From: an uncultured Verrucomicrobiae bacterium
GTDB taxonomy: Bacteria; Verrucomicrobiota; Verrucomicrobiia; Limisphaerales; UBA11358
Direction: 5' to 3'
Assembly (NCBI GenBank): GCA_963744965.1
Contig: CAVUVT010000010.1
Coordinates: 202,279 to 266,278 of the forward strand
DNA: 64,000 bases
The notes beneath the pieces are model-generated. The model saw only the letters and a list, made by a program, of their open reading frames with translations, was not told where the DNA came from and did no database searches. The position numbers and the translations under genes were made by a program. How positions within the stretch are numbered: the stretch's first letter is position 1; the number at the start of each line of letters is the position of its first letter. This document shows positions 9,386 to 18,339 of the stretch, in pieces.

Positions 9386-9597
9386 CGATTGACCTGTAGC
9401 AACCACCATCCTTGGCTGCTGCATCGCCCGGCTTCCGGCCGGATAGTCTGATGTGAAAACACCGCCATGACAAGGGTTCGGCTTTTCGGCCCAAGCGGCA
9501 GGGATTCGTGCCGTTACAACTCGGTCGCAGAGAGTCCGGGGCGTGTTGCCCAAATCATTTTGGAGACGATGGAGTACGGCGGCAGCCCGCGCTCCAA

Positions 9598-10251
9598 TCA
9601 GCGATGCCAACCGCCGCCGCGGTAGCCGCCGCGGTAGCTGCCGCGGTAACCGCCATACCAACCGCCGTGGTAATAACCACCGCGATAGCCGCCGAAGCCA
9701 AAGGCAAATGACACCGCCGGATAGTAACATCCGCCGTAATACGGATAGTACCCGCAGGCCGGATAATAATAATTGTTGTAATATTGATACGCCTGCGTGT
9801 TGGGAATCACATAGACCGTCGAGGGAGGAACATAGGCCGGCGCGGGCTGGACATAAGTCGCCGTGCTGCTGGCGGGGGGATAAGCCGGTTGCGGCGCGAC
9901 CGGTGCCACCGGCCGGGGTTGGTTCAGCATGGTATTGATGACGGTGTCGGAAACGCCCTGCTGCTTCAAATAAACGATCTGGCTTGCATCCAAGCCGTAA
10001 CTGCTGCCGGAATTCCGGATGTAATTGGCGATGGTGTCGTCACTCACTTTCGCCTGCGAAAGCTGGATGATTTGCGAGACGCCATAGGATAATTGGACTG
10101 TGGTGTCCCCGGCGGGGGCCGCCGTTGGGGCGACGTTTGGGATGGTGGCAACATCGGAGGAACCTTGTGCCATCACGTCTCTCGCGAAAAGACACGTCAC
10201 CGTCACGGCGGCGATCATCAACAACGGCTTGGGGAGGTTTTGAGTTCTCAT
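9598..10251 (-). CDS. Secreted hypothetical protein with two GVSD-type repeats and a Gly/Tyr/Arg low-complexity tail
   Basis: The ATG at 10251 gives a signal peptide MRTQNLPKPLLMIAAVTVTCLFARDVMA. Paired motifs SQIIQLSQAKVSDDTIANYI and SQIVYLKQQGVSDTVINTML follow, then a Pro/Ala-rich linker. C-terminus reads YYNNYYYPACGYYPYYGGCYYP..GGYRGGYYHGGWYGGYRGSYRGGYRGGGWHR. Confidence 0.6.
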   Translation of the reverse strand: MRTQNLPKPLLMIAAVTVTCLFARDVMAQGSSDVATIPNVAPTAAPAGDTTVQLSYGVSQIIQLSQAKVSDDTIANYIRNSGSSYGLDASQIVYLKQQGVSDTVINTMLNQPRPVAPVAPQPAYPPASSTATYVQPAPAYVPPSTVYVIPNTQAYQYYNNYYYPACGYYPYYGGCYYPAVSFAFGFGGYRGGYYHGGWYGGYRGSYRGGYRGGGWHR

Positions 10252-10336
10252 AAAATCAACACCTGTCAATTCAACACCGCAAACTCGCGCCAGTTCCGGG
10301 AACTGTCAACTGGGAAAACGCCGGGCTGGCCGGGTC

Positions 10337-10360
10337 GCACAATGCCGCGCACAATGCCGC
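10337..10360. repeat. Perfect 12-bp tandem duplication gcacaatgccgc x2 in a divergent intergenic region
   Basis: Read directly from the sequence. It lies between the divergently transcribed genes 9598-10251 (-) and 10455-12296 (+). Confidence 0.7.
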
Positions 10361-10454
10361 GCTTGAAACTTCCACCCCCGGAAACTATCCTCATCTTCCG
10401 GCGGCCATAAGCGTCAAGCCATTCCCCGCCAAGCCCGGTTGGGGGGATCAAATC

Positions 10455-12296
10455 ATGTTAAAGCCATTAACTGACAAATTTGCCGGTTTCGCCGTGGGTT
10501 TTTACGAATGGGGAACCGGTTGGGCGGGCAAATTATCCGGCTTTTTCCGGTGGGGGACGCTTTCCTCCATCCTGACCCGGCATCTGTCGAAGCGGCCCGC
10601 CCTGCTGGGGGTTGAATTGCTCGTGGCGCTGTCACTCACGGTGAATTTTTACTTCCTGGTCCGGCCCACCTGCCTGCCTTATCGCGATGGAAACGCGATA
10701 TCCAGGTCCGTGTTCTGTTACCTGTCGGAACACGTCAGCCCGGAAACCAAAAAACTGGTCCAGTTGAACTGGAAGAAACGGCTGGGCGGACCCATGTTGT
10801 CCGCGTGGCTGCTGGACGTAAAATTCAAAGGCCAAAAGGAATTTGACCAGGATGGATTTCAAGACGTTTTCGGATTTTACCATGCCACATGGCTTTTCCT
10901 GTTGTTCCTGCTCCTTATTTTATATCGCCGGGATGCGCTTCTGATCATGTTGGGGGTGTTTGGCGGTTTGATGTATAACCTCACCGATTCCGCCCAACCC
11001 CCGTTTTATTATCCGTGGGACCTGCCCACGATGTTCTTTTTCACCCTGGCCTGCCTTTTGTACGACAGCCGGCGGCTGTGGTTGCTGATGGCGGTCGTGT
11101 GGCTCGGTGGAATTTTCAAGGAAACGACCCTCTGCTGCGCCTTGTTGATTTTGCTGGGCGAACATTGGCCCTTGAAAAAGCGGGTCGTGGGTTTCACGGT
11201 CACCGTGCTGGCCACCTTTGCCACAAATAAATTGCTGATGATCCTATATGACGTAAGAGCGCCCCTCCTGGCGATGAATGACGCCCCCCGCATCGCGGAC
11301 ATCTTTCGGAACGCCCATGTGTTTTCCAACGTCAATCTGTTGTTCAGCCTGGACTTGCGCCACGTCTTGTTTGCCAACGCCGGCAGTCTGCTGATCATGA
11401 TGCTGATCCCTTGGCGCAATCGGCGGGACGTGGTTTTCAAAACTGTGATCCTGGTGTTCATCATCGGCCAGTTCTTCTGTGGAATTTTCAACGAGTTTCG
11501 CATCTGGTACGAATTGTTGCCGCTGGGATGGATGATGATTGCCGATGCCTTCCGGAAAGACGGCCGGACGGTTGAAAAAGACCCGGCCATGAACCGCCGC
11601 ACCGATAGCTTCTGGAAGGGGAGTTACTGGTTGATGCTGACCGGGTTGTTGCTCCTGGCTTTGGGAGCATTGGCGATGGCAAAATTGCATCCGCCACCGC
11701 CGGAGGAAAAAAACGGGGTAAACCGGTTGTCCATCGAAGAATTGATTTCCTTGGCGCCAAAAGGCGACGTGGCGGCGCAATACAATCTCGGGCGGGCTTA
11801 TGAAAATGGTTTCGGCGTCAAGCGAGACCTTGCCGAGGCAGCCAACTGGTATCAACGGGCGGCGGAACAGGGACACAGCGATGCACAGAACAGTCTGGGG
11901 ATGCTCCTGGCAACGGCCCGGCAGGATTATGCCGGCGCCGCGAAATGGTTTGGACAGGCGGCCGCCCAGGGAAATCCGGACGCGCAATACAACCTCGGCG
12001 TCCTCCACCGCAACGGCCTCGGGGTCGAACAGGATTATGAAACGGCGGTCCACTGGTTCCAAAAATCCGCGCAGCAAGGCCAGGTCCAGGCCCAAAGGGA
12101 CCTCGGCAGAATGTATGAGCAGGGACAGGGAGTAAAAACGGATTATCCGGAGGCTTACAAGTGGCTGAAACTGGCACAACTTCAGGGGGACGAAGAGGCG
12201 GAAAATGAATTGAAGGTCTGTGCCGCCGCCATGTCCGCCGGCCAGATTGCCGCCGCGGAAAAATTGGCGCGGAATTTCCGGCCATCGGGAAAATAG
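10455..12296 (+). CDS. Polytopic membrane protein with C-terminal Sel1-like (SLR) repeats
   Basis: 613 aa. About 400 aa of hydrophobic segments are followed by repeated units AAQYNLGRAYENGFGV.., DAQNSLGMLL.., DAQYNLGVLHRNGLGVEQDYETAVHWFQKSAQQG, AQRDLGRMYEQGQGV.. typical of Sel1 repeats. Confidence 0.75.
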   Translation: MLKPLTDKFAGFAVGFYEWGTGWAGKLSGFFRWGTLSSILTRHLSKRPALLGVELLVALSLTVNFYFLVRPTCLPYRDGNAISRSVFCYLSEHVSPETKKLVQLNWKKRLGGPMLSAWLLDVKFKGQKEFDQDGFQDVFGFYHATWLFLLFLLLILYRRDALLIMLGVFGGLMYNLTDSAQPPFYYPWDLPTMFFFTLACLLYDSRRLWLLMAVVWLGGIFKETTLCCALLILLGEHWPLKKRVVGFTVTVLATFATNKLLMILYDVRAPLLAMNDAPRIADIFRNAHVFSNVNLLFSLDLRHVLFANAGSLLIMMLIPWRNRRDVVFKTVILVFIIGQFFCGIFNEFRIWYELLPLGWMMIADAFRKDGRTVEKDPAMNRRTDSFWKGSYWLMLTGLLLLALGALAMAKLHPPPPEEKNGVNRLSIEELISLAPKGDVAAQYNLGRAYENGFGVKRDLAEAANWYQRAAEQGHSDAQNSLGMLLATARQDYAGAAKWFGQAAAQGNPDAQYNLGVLHRNGLGVEQDYETAVHWFQKSAQQGQVQAQRDLGRMYEQGQGVKTDYPEAYKWLKLAQLQGDEEAENELKVCAAAMSAGQIAAAEKLARNFRPSGK

Positions 12297-12312
12297 CCCG
12301 GTTTCCGCGCGT

Positions 12313-12993
12313 TCAGACAAACGCCTTGGGCATTATCGCGGGCGGTCCGACGCGGCGTTCGTAGTCAAGAATGATGCGAACGACTTCCTTCGGGTCATCG
12401 GTGAGTTTGAAGAGGTCAAGGTCGCCGGGGCTGATATGTCCGTGCCGCTCCTGCATTTCGATTTTCATCCAATGCACCAGTCCCTTCCAATATTCGCTGC
12501 CGAACAGGATGAGCGGGAATTCCGGGATGCGCTCGGTTTGGACAAGGGTGATGATTTCGAAAAACTCGTCGAGCGTGCCGAAGCCGCCGGGCATGTAAAT
12601 GAACCCGAGGCTGTACTTGGCAAAACAGACTTTGCGCGCGAAGAAATAATGGAAGTGCAGCGGGAGGTTGACGAAGCGGTTGCCGGCCTGTTCCTGCGGC
12701 AGTTCGATGTTGAGGCCCACGGATTTGCCGCCCCCCTGCGCCGCGCCCTTGTTGGCGGCTTCCATGATGCCCGGCCCGCCCCCGGTGATGACGGCGAGCT
12801 TGTGTTTGGCGAGATCCTTGGCGATGTCGCTGGTGGCGCGATAATACTTGTCGCCGGGTTTCGTCCGCGCCGAACCGAAAATGGTCACGGCCGGGCCAAC
12901 CTCGGACAAGGTCATAAATGAATCTACGAACTCGGACATGATGCGGAAGATGCGCCAGGGGTCTTCGCGCATACGAAAGGTGGTGTCGCTCAT
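12313..12993 (-). CDS. LOG-family (TIGR00730-type) nucleotide 5'-monophosphate nucleosidase
   Basis: 226 aa. Contains VTIFGSAR, ITGGGPGIMEAANKGA and MPGGFGTLDEFFE (the PGGxGTxxE motif). Confidence 0.85.
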   Translation of the reverse strand: MSDTTFRMREDPWRIFRIMSEFVDSFMTLSEVGPAVTIFGSARTKPGDKYYRATSDIAKDLAKHKLAVITGGGPGIMEAANKGAAQGGGKSVGLNIELPQEQAGNRFVNLPLHFHYFFARKVCFAKYSLGFIYMPGGFGTLDEFFEIITLVQTERIPEFPLILFGSEYWKGLVHWMKIEMQERHGHISPGDLDLFKLTDDPKEVVRIILDYERRVGPPAIMPKAFV

Positions 12994-13104
12994 GGCCGGA
13001 GCATAGTCGCAGCACTGAAAGGAGACAAGCGCGCGGAACTTGCCGTCGAGGAGCAGAGAACACGGCTGAAATGAAAATTGAACCCCTGAACCGGGGTAAC
13101 AGTT

Positions 13105-13181
13105 CCTGGGAGCGCTGGCGTCTCGCCGGCGAATTCCGGTTTCGGCTCACGACTGGCCGGCGGGACGCCGGCGCTCCCAGG
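13105..13181. repeat. Palindromic REP-like element (26-bp arms)
   Basis: cctgggagcgctggcgtctcgccggc (13105-13130) and gccggcgggacgccggcgctcccagg (13156-13181) are reverse complements with 2 mismatches. Confidence 0.5.
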
Positions 13182-13217
13182 CGGTTATGGGCAGCATCAG
13201 GGTGATGGGAAATCGCT

Positions 13218-13257
13218 AAAAAGCAAACAGGCCGGAGAATCGAAATTCTCCGACCTG
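13218..13257 (-). terminator. Rho-independent terminator of nrdJ
   Basis: On the minus strand: 13-bp stem (one G-U pair) caggtcggagaat/attctccggcctg, loop ttcg, then tttgcttttt. It starts 17 nt after the nrdJ stop. Confidence 0.6.
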
Positions 13258-13273
13258 TTGCGTTTTCGGTTCC

Positions 13274-16200
13274 TCAAGAGCAGCCGAGGCTGTCCCCACA
13301 ATTCAGGCATTTGTAGCACGCGCCGTTGCGCACGGCGACATGTCCGCAGTTCGGACACGTGGGCGCGTCCTGCTGGAAGTGCGCGATGGAGTCGCTGAGA
13401 GATTTCACCGTGCGGGCGGGACCGGGCTTGCGATGATGGCCGCCGTTGCCGGGTTCCTTCACGTCAATCACGTCGCTGTCCTCAGCCAGCGCCAGTTCAC
13501 GCACCGGACGGTTCACCCTTTTTTTTTCCTCTTCGAGCAACCCGGGAATGGCAAGTTCCGGTTGGGCGCGATTGGCGGCCGCCGCCTGACGGTAGCCGGG
13601 AATGAATTGCAACGCCATCCAGCGGAACACGTAATCGGTGATGGAGGCGGCGTTGCGAATATCGGGGTTTTTGGTGAAGCCGCTCGGTTCGAACCGCTGA
13701 TGCGCGAATTTGCGGACGAGGGTTTCCAGCGGCACGCCGTATTGCAACGCCATGCTGGTGAGCGTGCCGATGCTGTCCATCAAACCGCCGATGGTCGAAC
13801 CTTCCTTGGCCATCGTGATGAACAGTTCGCCGGGCTGGCCGTCGGGTTCAAAAAGACCGACGGTGAGATAACCTTCGTGGCCGGCGATGTCGAATTTGTG
13901 CGTGACCGCGGTGCGCGTGTCGGAAAGCCGGCGGCGAAGCGGCTTGCCGGCTTCGGCCCGCAGCGCAATCACTGCGGCTTCGAGTTCCTTGATGCGGGCT
14001 TCCAGCGTGGATGTGCCGTTGGCGGTCGCCTTGTCACCGCCATCATTGGTTTTTTTGGTGTTGAGCGGCTGCGAACGCTTCGAACCGTCGCGATAAATCG
14101 CCACGCATTTCAACCCCATCTTCCACGCCTGAACATAAGTGTCACGGATTTCCTCGACGGTGCTTTCATGCGGCATGTTGACGGTCTTGGAGATGGCCCC
14201 ACTGATGAACGGCTGCGTGGCAGCCATCATTTTCAAGTGCGCCAGGTAATGGATGCTGCGTTTGCCGCGATACGGCTTGAACGCGCAATCGAACACCGGC
14301 AAATGCTCCGGTTTAAGACCGCTTTTTACCGTGGCGGCGTTCTGTGAGTGTCGCTGGTCGGCGGCGGTTGCAGACTCGCCACCACCATCCTCGACGTCTT
14401 CAATCGTGTCGAACTTTTCGATGTGCGCGATGATGCCTTCGATTCCCTTCGCGCCATAACCGAGACGGCGCAACGCATCGGGCACGCCGCGATTGACGAT
14501 TTTCAACATGCCGCCGCCGGCGAGGAGCTTGTATTTGACGAGCGCAATGTCGGGCTCCACGCCGGTCGTGTCGCAATCCATCAGGAACGCGATGGTGCCG
14601 GTCGGGGCGAGGACGGTGACCTGCGCGTTGCGATAGCCGTGCTGGCGGCCCTTGGCGAGCGCGCCTTCCCAGGTTTTGCGCGCCTCGTCCTTCAAATAGT
14701 TGAATTCCTGGCTCGGCTGGATTTGTTCGACGGCGTCACGATGCTGTTGAATGACGCCGAGCATGGATTCGACGTTGTCCTTCGCCAGCGGCGTGGACAC
14801 GTGCGCGCAACGCGCGTCGCGGTAACCCGGAAACGCGCCGAGGTTCGCGGCAATTTCCGCGCTCTGCTCGTAAGCGTGGCCGGTTATGATGGCCGTGATC
14901 GCGCCGGCGAGCGCCCGGCCTTCGTTGCTGTCATACGGCAGGCCGTAGCTCATGCACAGCGAGCCGAGATTGGCGTAACCGAGGCCGAGCGTGCGGAAGA
15001 TGTGGGAATTTTCCGCGATGTCCCGGGTCGGGTAGCTGGCGTTGTCCACCAGAATTTCCTGCGCGGTGATGAAAATGCGCACGGCGGCCTTGAACCGTTC
15101 CACGTCAAATTTGCCGTCTTCGCGCTTGAACTTCATCAGGTTCAGCGATGCGAGATTGCAGGCGGTGTTGTTGATGAAAACGTATTCGCTGCACGGGTTA
15201 GTGGAGTGAATCGGCTCGGTGCCCTTGCAGGTATGCCATTTCTGGATCGCGCCGTCGTATTGCATGCCCGGGTCGCCGCAGATGTGGGTGCCTTCGGCGA
15301 TTTTGTAGAGCAATTTCGCGGCATCCTTCTTTTCGAGCGGCTTGCCGCTGGTGATGGAGCGCGTCCACCATTCCTTACCGGTGAGCGCCGCCTGCATGAA
15401 TTCATCGCTGGCGCGCACGGAAAGGTTTTCATTCTGATACATCACACTGCCATAGGCGTCGCCGTTGTAGGAGCCATCGTAGCCCTGCTCGATCAAGGCC
15501 CACGCCTTCTTTTCCTCCTTCTGCTTGGCGTCAATGAATTCCTCGATGTCGCCGTGCCAGTCGCGCAGCGTGTTCATTTTCGCCGCGCGCCGGGTTTTGC
15601 CGCCGGATTTCACGACATTGGCCACCTGGTCATAAACTTTCAGAAAGCTCATCGGGCCGCTGGGCCGGCCGCCGCCGCTGAGCTTTTCCCGGGCCGAGCG
15701 GATCGGCGTAAGGTCCGTGCCCGTGCCGGAGCCGTATTTGAAGAGCATCGCTTCGCTGCGGGCGAGGCGCATGATGTCCTCCATGTCGTCCTGGACCGAC
15801 TGGATGAAGCAGGCGCTGCCCTGGGGATATTCGTATTGGGTGGTGGCGCGCTCGACCTGGCGCGTCTTGTGGCTGAAAAACCAGTTGCCCCGGCAGGAGT
15901 TTTTGCCGATGCCGTATTCATGGAACAGCCCGACGTTGAACCAGACCGGCGAGTTGAACGCGCCGTATTGATTCAGGCACAGCCAGGTCAGTTCCTCGTA
16001 AAAAATCTCGCCGTCCGCCTTGCTGAAATAGCCGTCCGCCGCGCCCCAATCCGCAATCGTCCGGGAAATGCGATGAATGAGCTGGCGCACCGAGGTCTCG
16101 CGCTCTGCCGTGTTGAGTTCGCCGTAAAAATACTTCGAGACGACCACCTTGGTCGCGAGCACCGACCACGGCTTGGGCACCTCGACATTTTCCTGCCTGA

Positions 16201-16423
16201 AAATGACCTTGCCCGCGTCATCGGTGATTTCGGCGGTGCGCCGTTCCCATTCAATCTGGTCGAACGGCTTGACCTTGGGATCGCTGAAAACGCGCTCGAC
16301 GCGCGCCGGTTTTTTCGCCGCGCCGACACTGGCCTTGACATGGCGACCGGCCGCCACCGATGCGGAACGACGACTGCCTTTATGCGACGCCGGAACCGAA
16401 ACTTCTTCGCGTGCGTCAATCAT
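13274..16423 (-). CDS. nrdJ: Adenosylcobalamin-dependent (class II) ribonucleotide reductase
   Basis: About 1050 aa. Long colinear RNR sequence (CFIQSVQDDMEDI.., NPCSEYVFINNTACNLASLNL, VLAPTGTIAFLMDCDTTGVEPD). C-terminal Cys-rich CPNCGH..CYKCLNCG zinc-ribbon as known for class II RNRs. I preferred the ATG at 16423 (MIDAREEV) over the upstream 16567 start. Confidence 0.93.
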   Translation of the reverse strand: MIDAREEVSVPASHKGSRRSASVAAGRHVKASVGAAKKPARVERVFSDPKVKPFDQIEWERRTAEITDDAGKVIFRQENVEVPKPWSVLATKVVVSKYFYGELNTAERETSVRQLIHRISRTIADWGAADGYFSKADGEIFYEELTWLCLNQYGAFNSPVWFNVGLFHEYGIGKNSCRGNWFFSHKTRQVERATTQYEYPQGSACFIQSVQDDMEDIMRLARSEAMLFKYGSGTGTDLTPIRSAREKLSGGGRPSGPMSFLKVYDQVANVVKSGGKTRRAAKMNTLRDWHGDIEEFIDAKQKEEKKAWALIEQGYDGSYNGDAYGSVMYQNENLSVRASDEFMQAALTGKEWWTRSITSGKPLEKKDAAKLLYKIAEGTHICGDPGMQYDGAIQKWHTCKGTEPIHSTNPCSEYVFINNTACNLASLNLMKFKREDGKFDVERFKAAVRIFITAQEILVDNASYPTRDIAENSHIFRTLGLGYANLGSLCMSYGLPYDSNEGRALAGAITAIITGHAYEQSAEIAANLGAFPGYRDARCAHVSTPLAKDNVESMLGVIQQHRDAVEQIQPSQEFNYLKDEARKTWEGALAKGRQHGYRNAQVTVLAPTGTIAFLMDCDTTGVEPDIALVKYKLLAGGGMLKIVNRGVPDALRRLGYGAKGIEGIIAHIEKFDTIEDVEDGGGESATAADQRHSQNAATVKSGLKPEHLPVFDCAFKPYRGKRSIHYLAHLKMMAATQPFISGAISKTVNMPHESTVEEIRDTYVQAWKMGLKCVAIYRDGSKRSQPLNTKKTNDGGDKATANGTSTLEARIKELEAAVIALRAEAGKPLRRRLSDTRTAVTHKFDIAGHEGYLTVGLFEPDGQPGELFITMAKEGSTIGGLMDSIGTLTSMALQYGVPLETLVRKFAHQRFEPSGFTKNPDIRNAASITDYVFRWMALQFIPGYRQAAAANRAQPELAIPGLLEEEKKRVNRPVRELALAEDSDVIDVKEPGNGGHHRKPGPARTVKSLSDSIAHFQQDAPTCPNCGHVAVRNGACYKCLNCGDSLGCS

Positions 16424-16722
16424 GAAATTTTCCTTTCGCGGCGGTCGAAATTTTATTTTGTGACAAATCACCCGACCGTCTTGACACAGAAGACCGGTCG
16501 GGAAATTGAATTTCACAGCCCGCTTTCCGAGTTTTCGCCGACCGCCCAATTCCAAGCGAAACCCCATTTAGTGGGCAACAAACGGAGAATATGCCCTACC
16601 TATTGTGGTTGCAAGAAAATTTTGAATAAAAGTTACGGGAACGATATTCCCAAATAAAATCCGGCAAATCTCGCGCGGGCATTGCACAAACGGCAACTTA
16701 TTCGCCGCTGTGAACAAAAATT

Positions 16723-18276
16723 TCAGCGCGACTTTTTTCCGCGTGACACCGGAAATTTCCCGGAGTGTTTCCATTGCGGCAATTTGAATTTTCGTATCGG
16801 CTCGACGGTTTTCGGGCGTGGTTTGGGCACCAGCACCAGCGGACAGCCTTCGTAACCGAACGCCAGGCGCATCTGGTCTGCCAGATATTTTTTGTATTGG
16901 TCGGAAAACAATTCGTCGCGGTTGATGAACAGCAGAAACGTCGGCGGCGCCTGCCGCACCTGGGTCGCGTAAAAGAACTTCAGCCGGTGCCCCGCCGCGC
17001 TGACCGGCTGGCGCCGTTCAATGGCGTCGCGCAACGTGCGGTTCAGGATTGCCGTAGGAATTTTCTGCTGCAACTGCGCCGCGACGTAGCGCACCGCTTC
17101 GAGCAGACGTTCGAGGTTGAAACCCGACGTGGCCGACGTGAAAATCACCGGCGCGTAATCGAGGAAAAACAATTTGTCCTGCACCCACTGGCCGAATTCG
17201 CCGAGCGTGGATATTATCTTGGCCTGGCCTTCGGTCCGGTGCTTTTTAATGCGTTTCTCGATTTCCTCTTCGCGTACCTGGCGGACGGATTCCGCCACCA
17301 AATCCCACTTGTTGACAACCACGATACAGGCCTTGCGGGCTTCAACGATTTTGTCCGCAATCTTTTTGTCCTGCTCGGTAATACCGGCCTCGGCGTCCAA
17401 AACCAGCACGGCGATGTCGCAGCGCTCAATCGAGTCCACCGCGCGCTGGACGCTGAAAAACTCGATGGAATCGTCCACCCGCCGCGTTTTTCTCATGCCG
17501 GCGGTGTCAATGAGGACGTATTTTTGCCGCACCCCGTCGGTTTCCACCTCGAACGGCACGTCAATGGAATCGCGGGTCGTGCCCGGCACCGGGCTGACAA
17601 TGACGCGCCCGGATTGCGTCAACGCGTTGATAATCGAGGATTTGCCGACGTTGGGCCGGCCAACGATGGCGAGTTTCAAAGCAGTTTTCAGTTTCAAGTT
17701 TTCAGTTTCAAGCGAGCCAGCATCGGATTGTTCTTCACTGAAAACTGAAGACTGAACACTTGAAACTTCCGGCGGCAACGCCGCCATCGCTGTGTCCATC
17801 AACGGTTCGATGCCTTCGCCGTGAATCGCGCTGACCGGGAAAATGTTCTCGAAGCCGAGCTGGGAAAATTCGTCCAGTCCTTTTTCCGCACGGCTCGTGT
17901 CCACCTTGTTGACCGCGACCAAAACGGGTTTGCCGCTGCGCCGCAATTTTTCCGCGACTTCGCGGTCCAGCGGCACAATTCCTTCCTGCACGTTGACGAC
18001 GAGAATGATGACATTCGCGGACTCTATGGCCAGATCCACCTGTTCCATCGCCGCCTTGACAATGACATCGCCCGCCTTTTCGCGCCGCAACAAGCCGATG
18101 CCGCCGGTGTCCACGAGTGTGAAGGCACGTCCGTGCCACTCGGCTTCGGCGCTGATGCGGTCGCGCGTGACGCCCGGCTGGTCATGCACAATCGCAATTC
18201 GTTTGCCGACAATGCGGTTGAACAGCGCGGACTTGCCGACGTTGGGGCGGCCGACGATGGCGATTAAAGCGGACAC
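16723..18276 (-). CDS. der: Ribosome-biogenesis GTPase Der (EngA), two tandem GTPase domains plus KH-like C-terminus
   Basis: Two G1 motifs: IAIVGRPNVGKSALFN and LAIVGRPNVGKSSIIN. Also DTGG/DTAG and NKVD/NKWD motifs. 517 aa. Confidence 0.93.
   Translation of the reverse strand: MSALIAIVGRPNVGKSALFNRIVGKRIAIVHDQPGVTRDRISAEAEWHGRAFTLVDTGGIGLLRREKAGDVIVKAAMEQVDLAIESANVIILVVNVQEGIVPLDREVAEKLRRSGKPVLVAVNKVDTSRAEKGLDEFSQLGFENIFPVSAIHGEGIEPLMDTAMAALPPEVSSVQSSVFSEEQSDAGSLETENLKLKTALKLAIVGRPNVGKSSIINALTQSGRVIVSPVPGTTRDSIDVPFEVETDGVRQKYVLIDTAGMRKTRRVDDSIEFFSVQRAVDSIERCDIAVLVLDAEAGITEQDKKIADKIVEARKACIVVVNKWDLVAESVRQVREEEIEKRIKKHRTEGQAKIISTLGEFGQWVQDKLFFLDYAPVIFTSATSGFNLERLLEAVRYVAAQLQQKIPTAILNRTLRDAIERRQPVSAAGHRLKFFYATQVRQAPPTFLLFINRDELFSDQYKKYLADQMRLAFGYEGCPLVLVPKPRPKTVEPIRKFKLPQWKHSGKFPVSRGKKSR
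17671..17772. repeat. Imperfect palindrome with an internal 14-bp tandem duplication, embedded in the der interdomain linker
   Basis: gttttcagtttcaa occurs twice in tandem (17684-17711). The complementary actgaaaact and ttgaaact lie at 17738-17767. The region encodes SSVQSSVFSEEQSDAGSLETENLKLKT. Confidence 0.55.
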
Positions 18277-18339
18277 GCGCCTAACATGGAGAAATTTGCG
18301 CGTCGGCGAAAGTCAAAAGCCCCCGGAAATCAGCCGCTG

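Noticed and set aside
16424-16722. Possible cobalamin riboswitch or NrdR boxes in the 300-nt nrdJ leader. I noticed an 8-bp perfect hairpin cccgaccg-n16-cggtcggg at about 16471-16502.
   Set aside because: I could not find a B12-box-like sequence or paired 16-bp NrdR palindromes. A single short hairpin is not enough, so I report it only as an unexplained leader structure. An Rfam scan would settle it.
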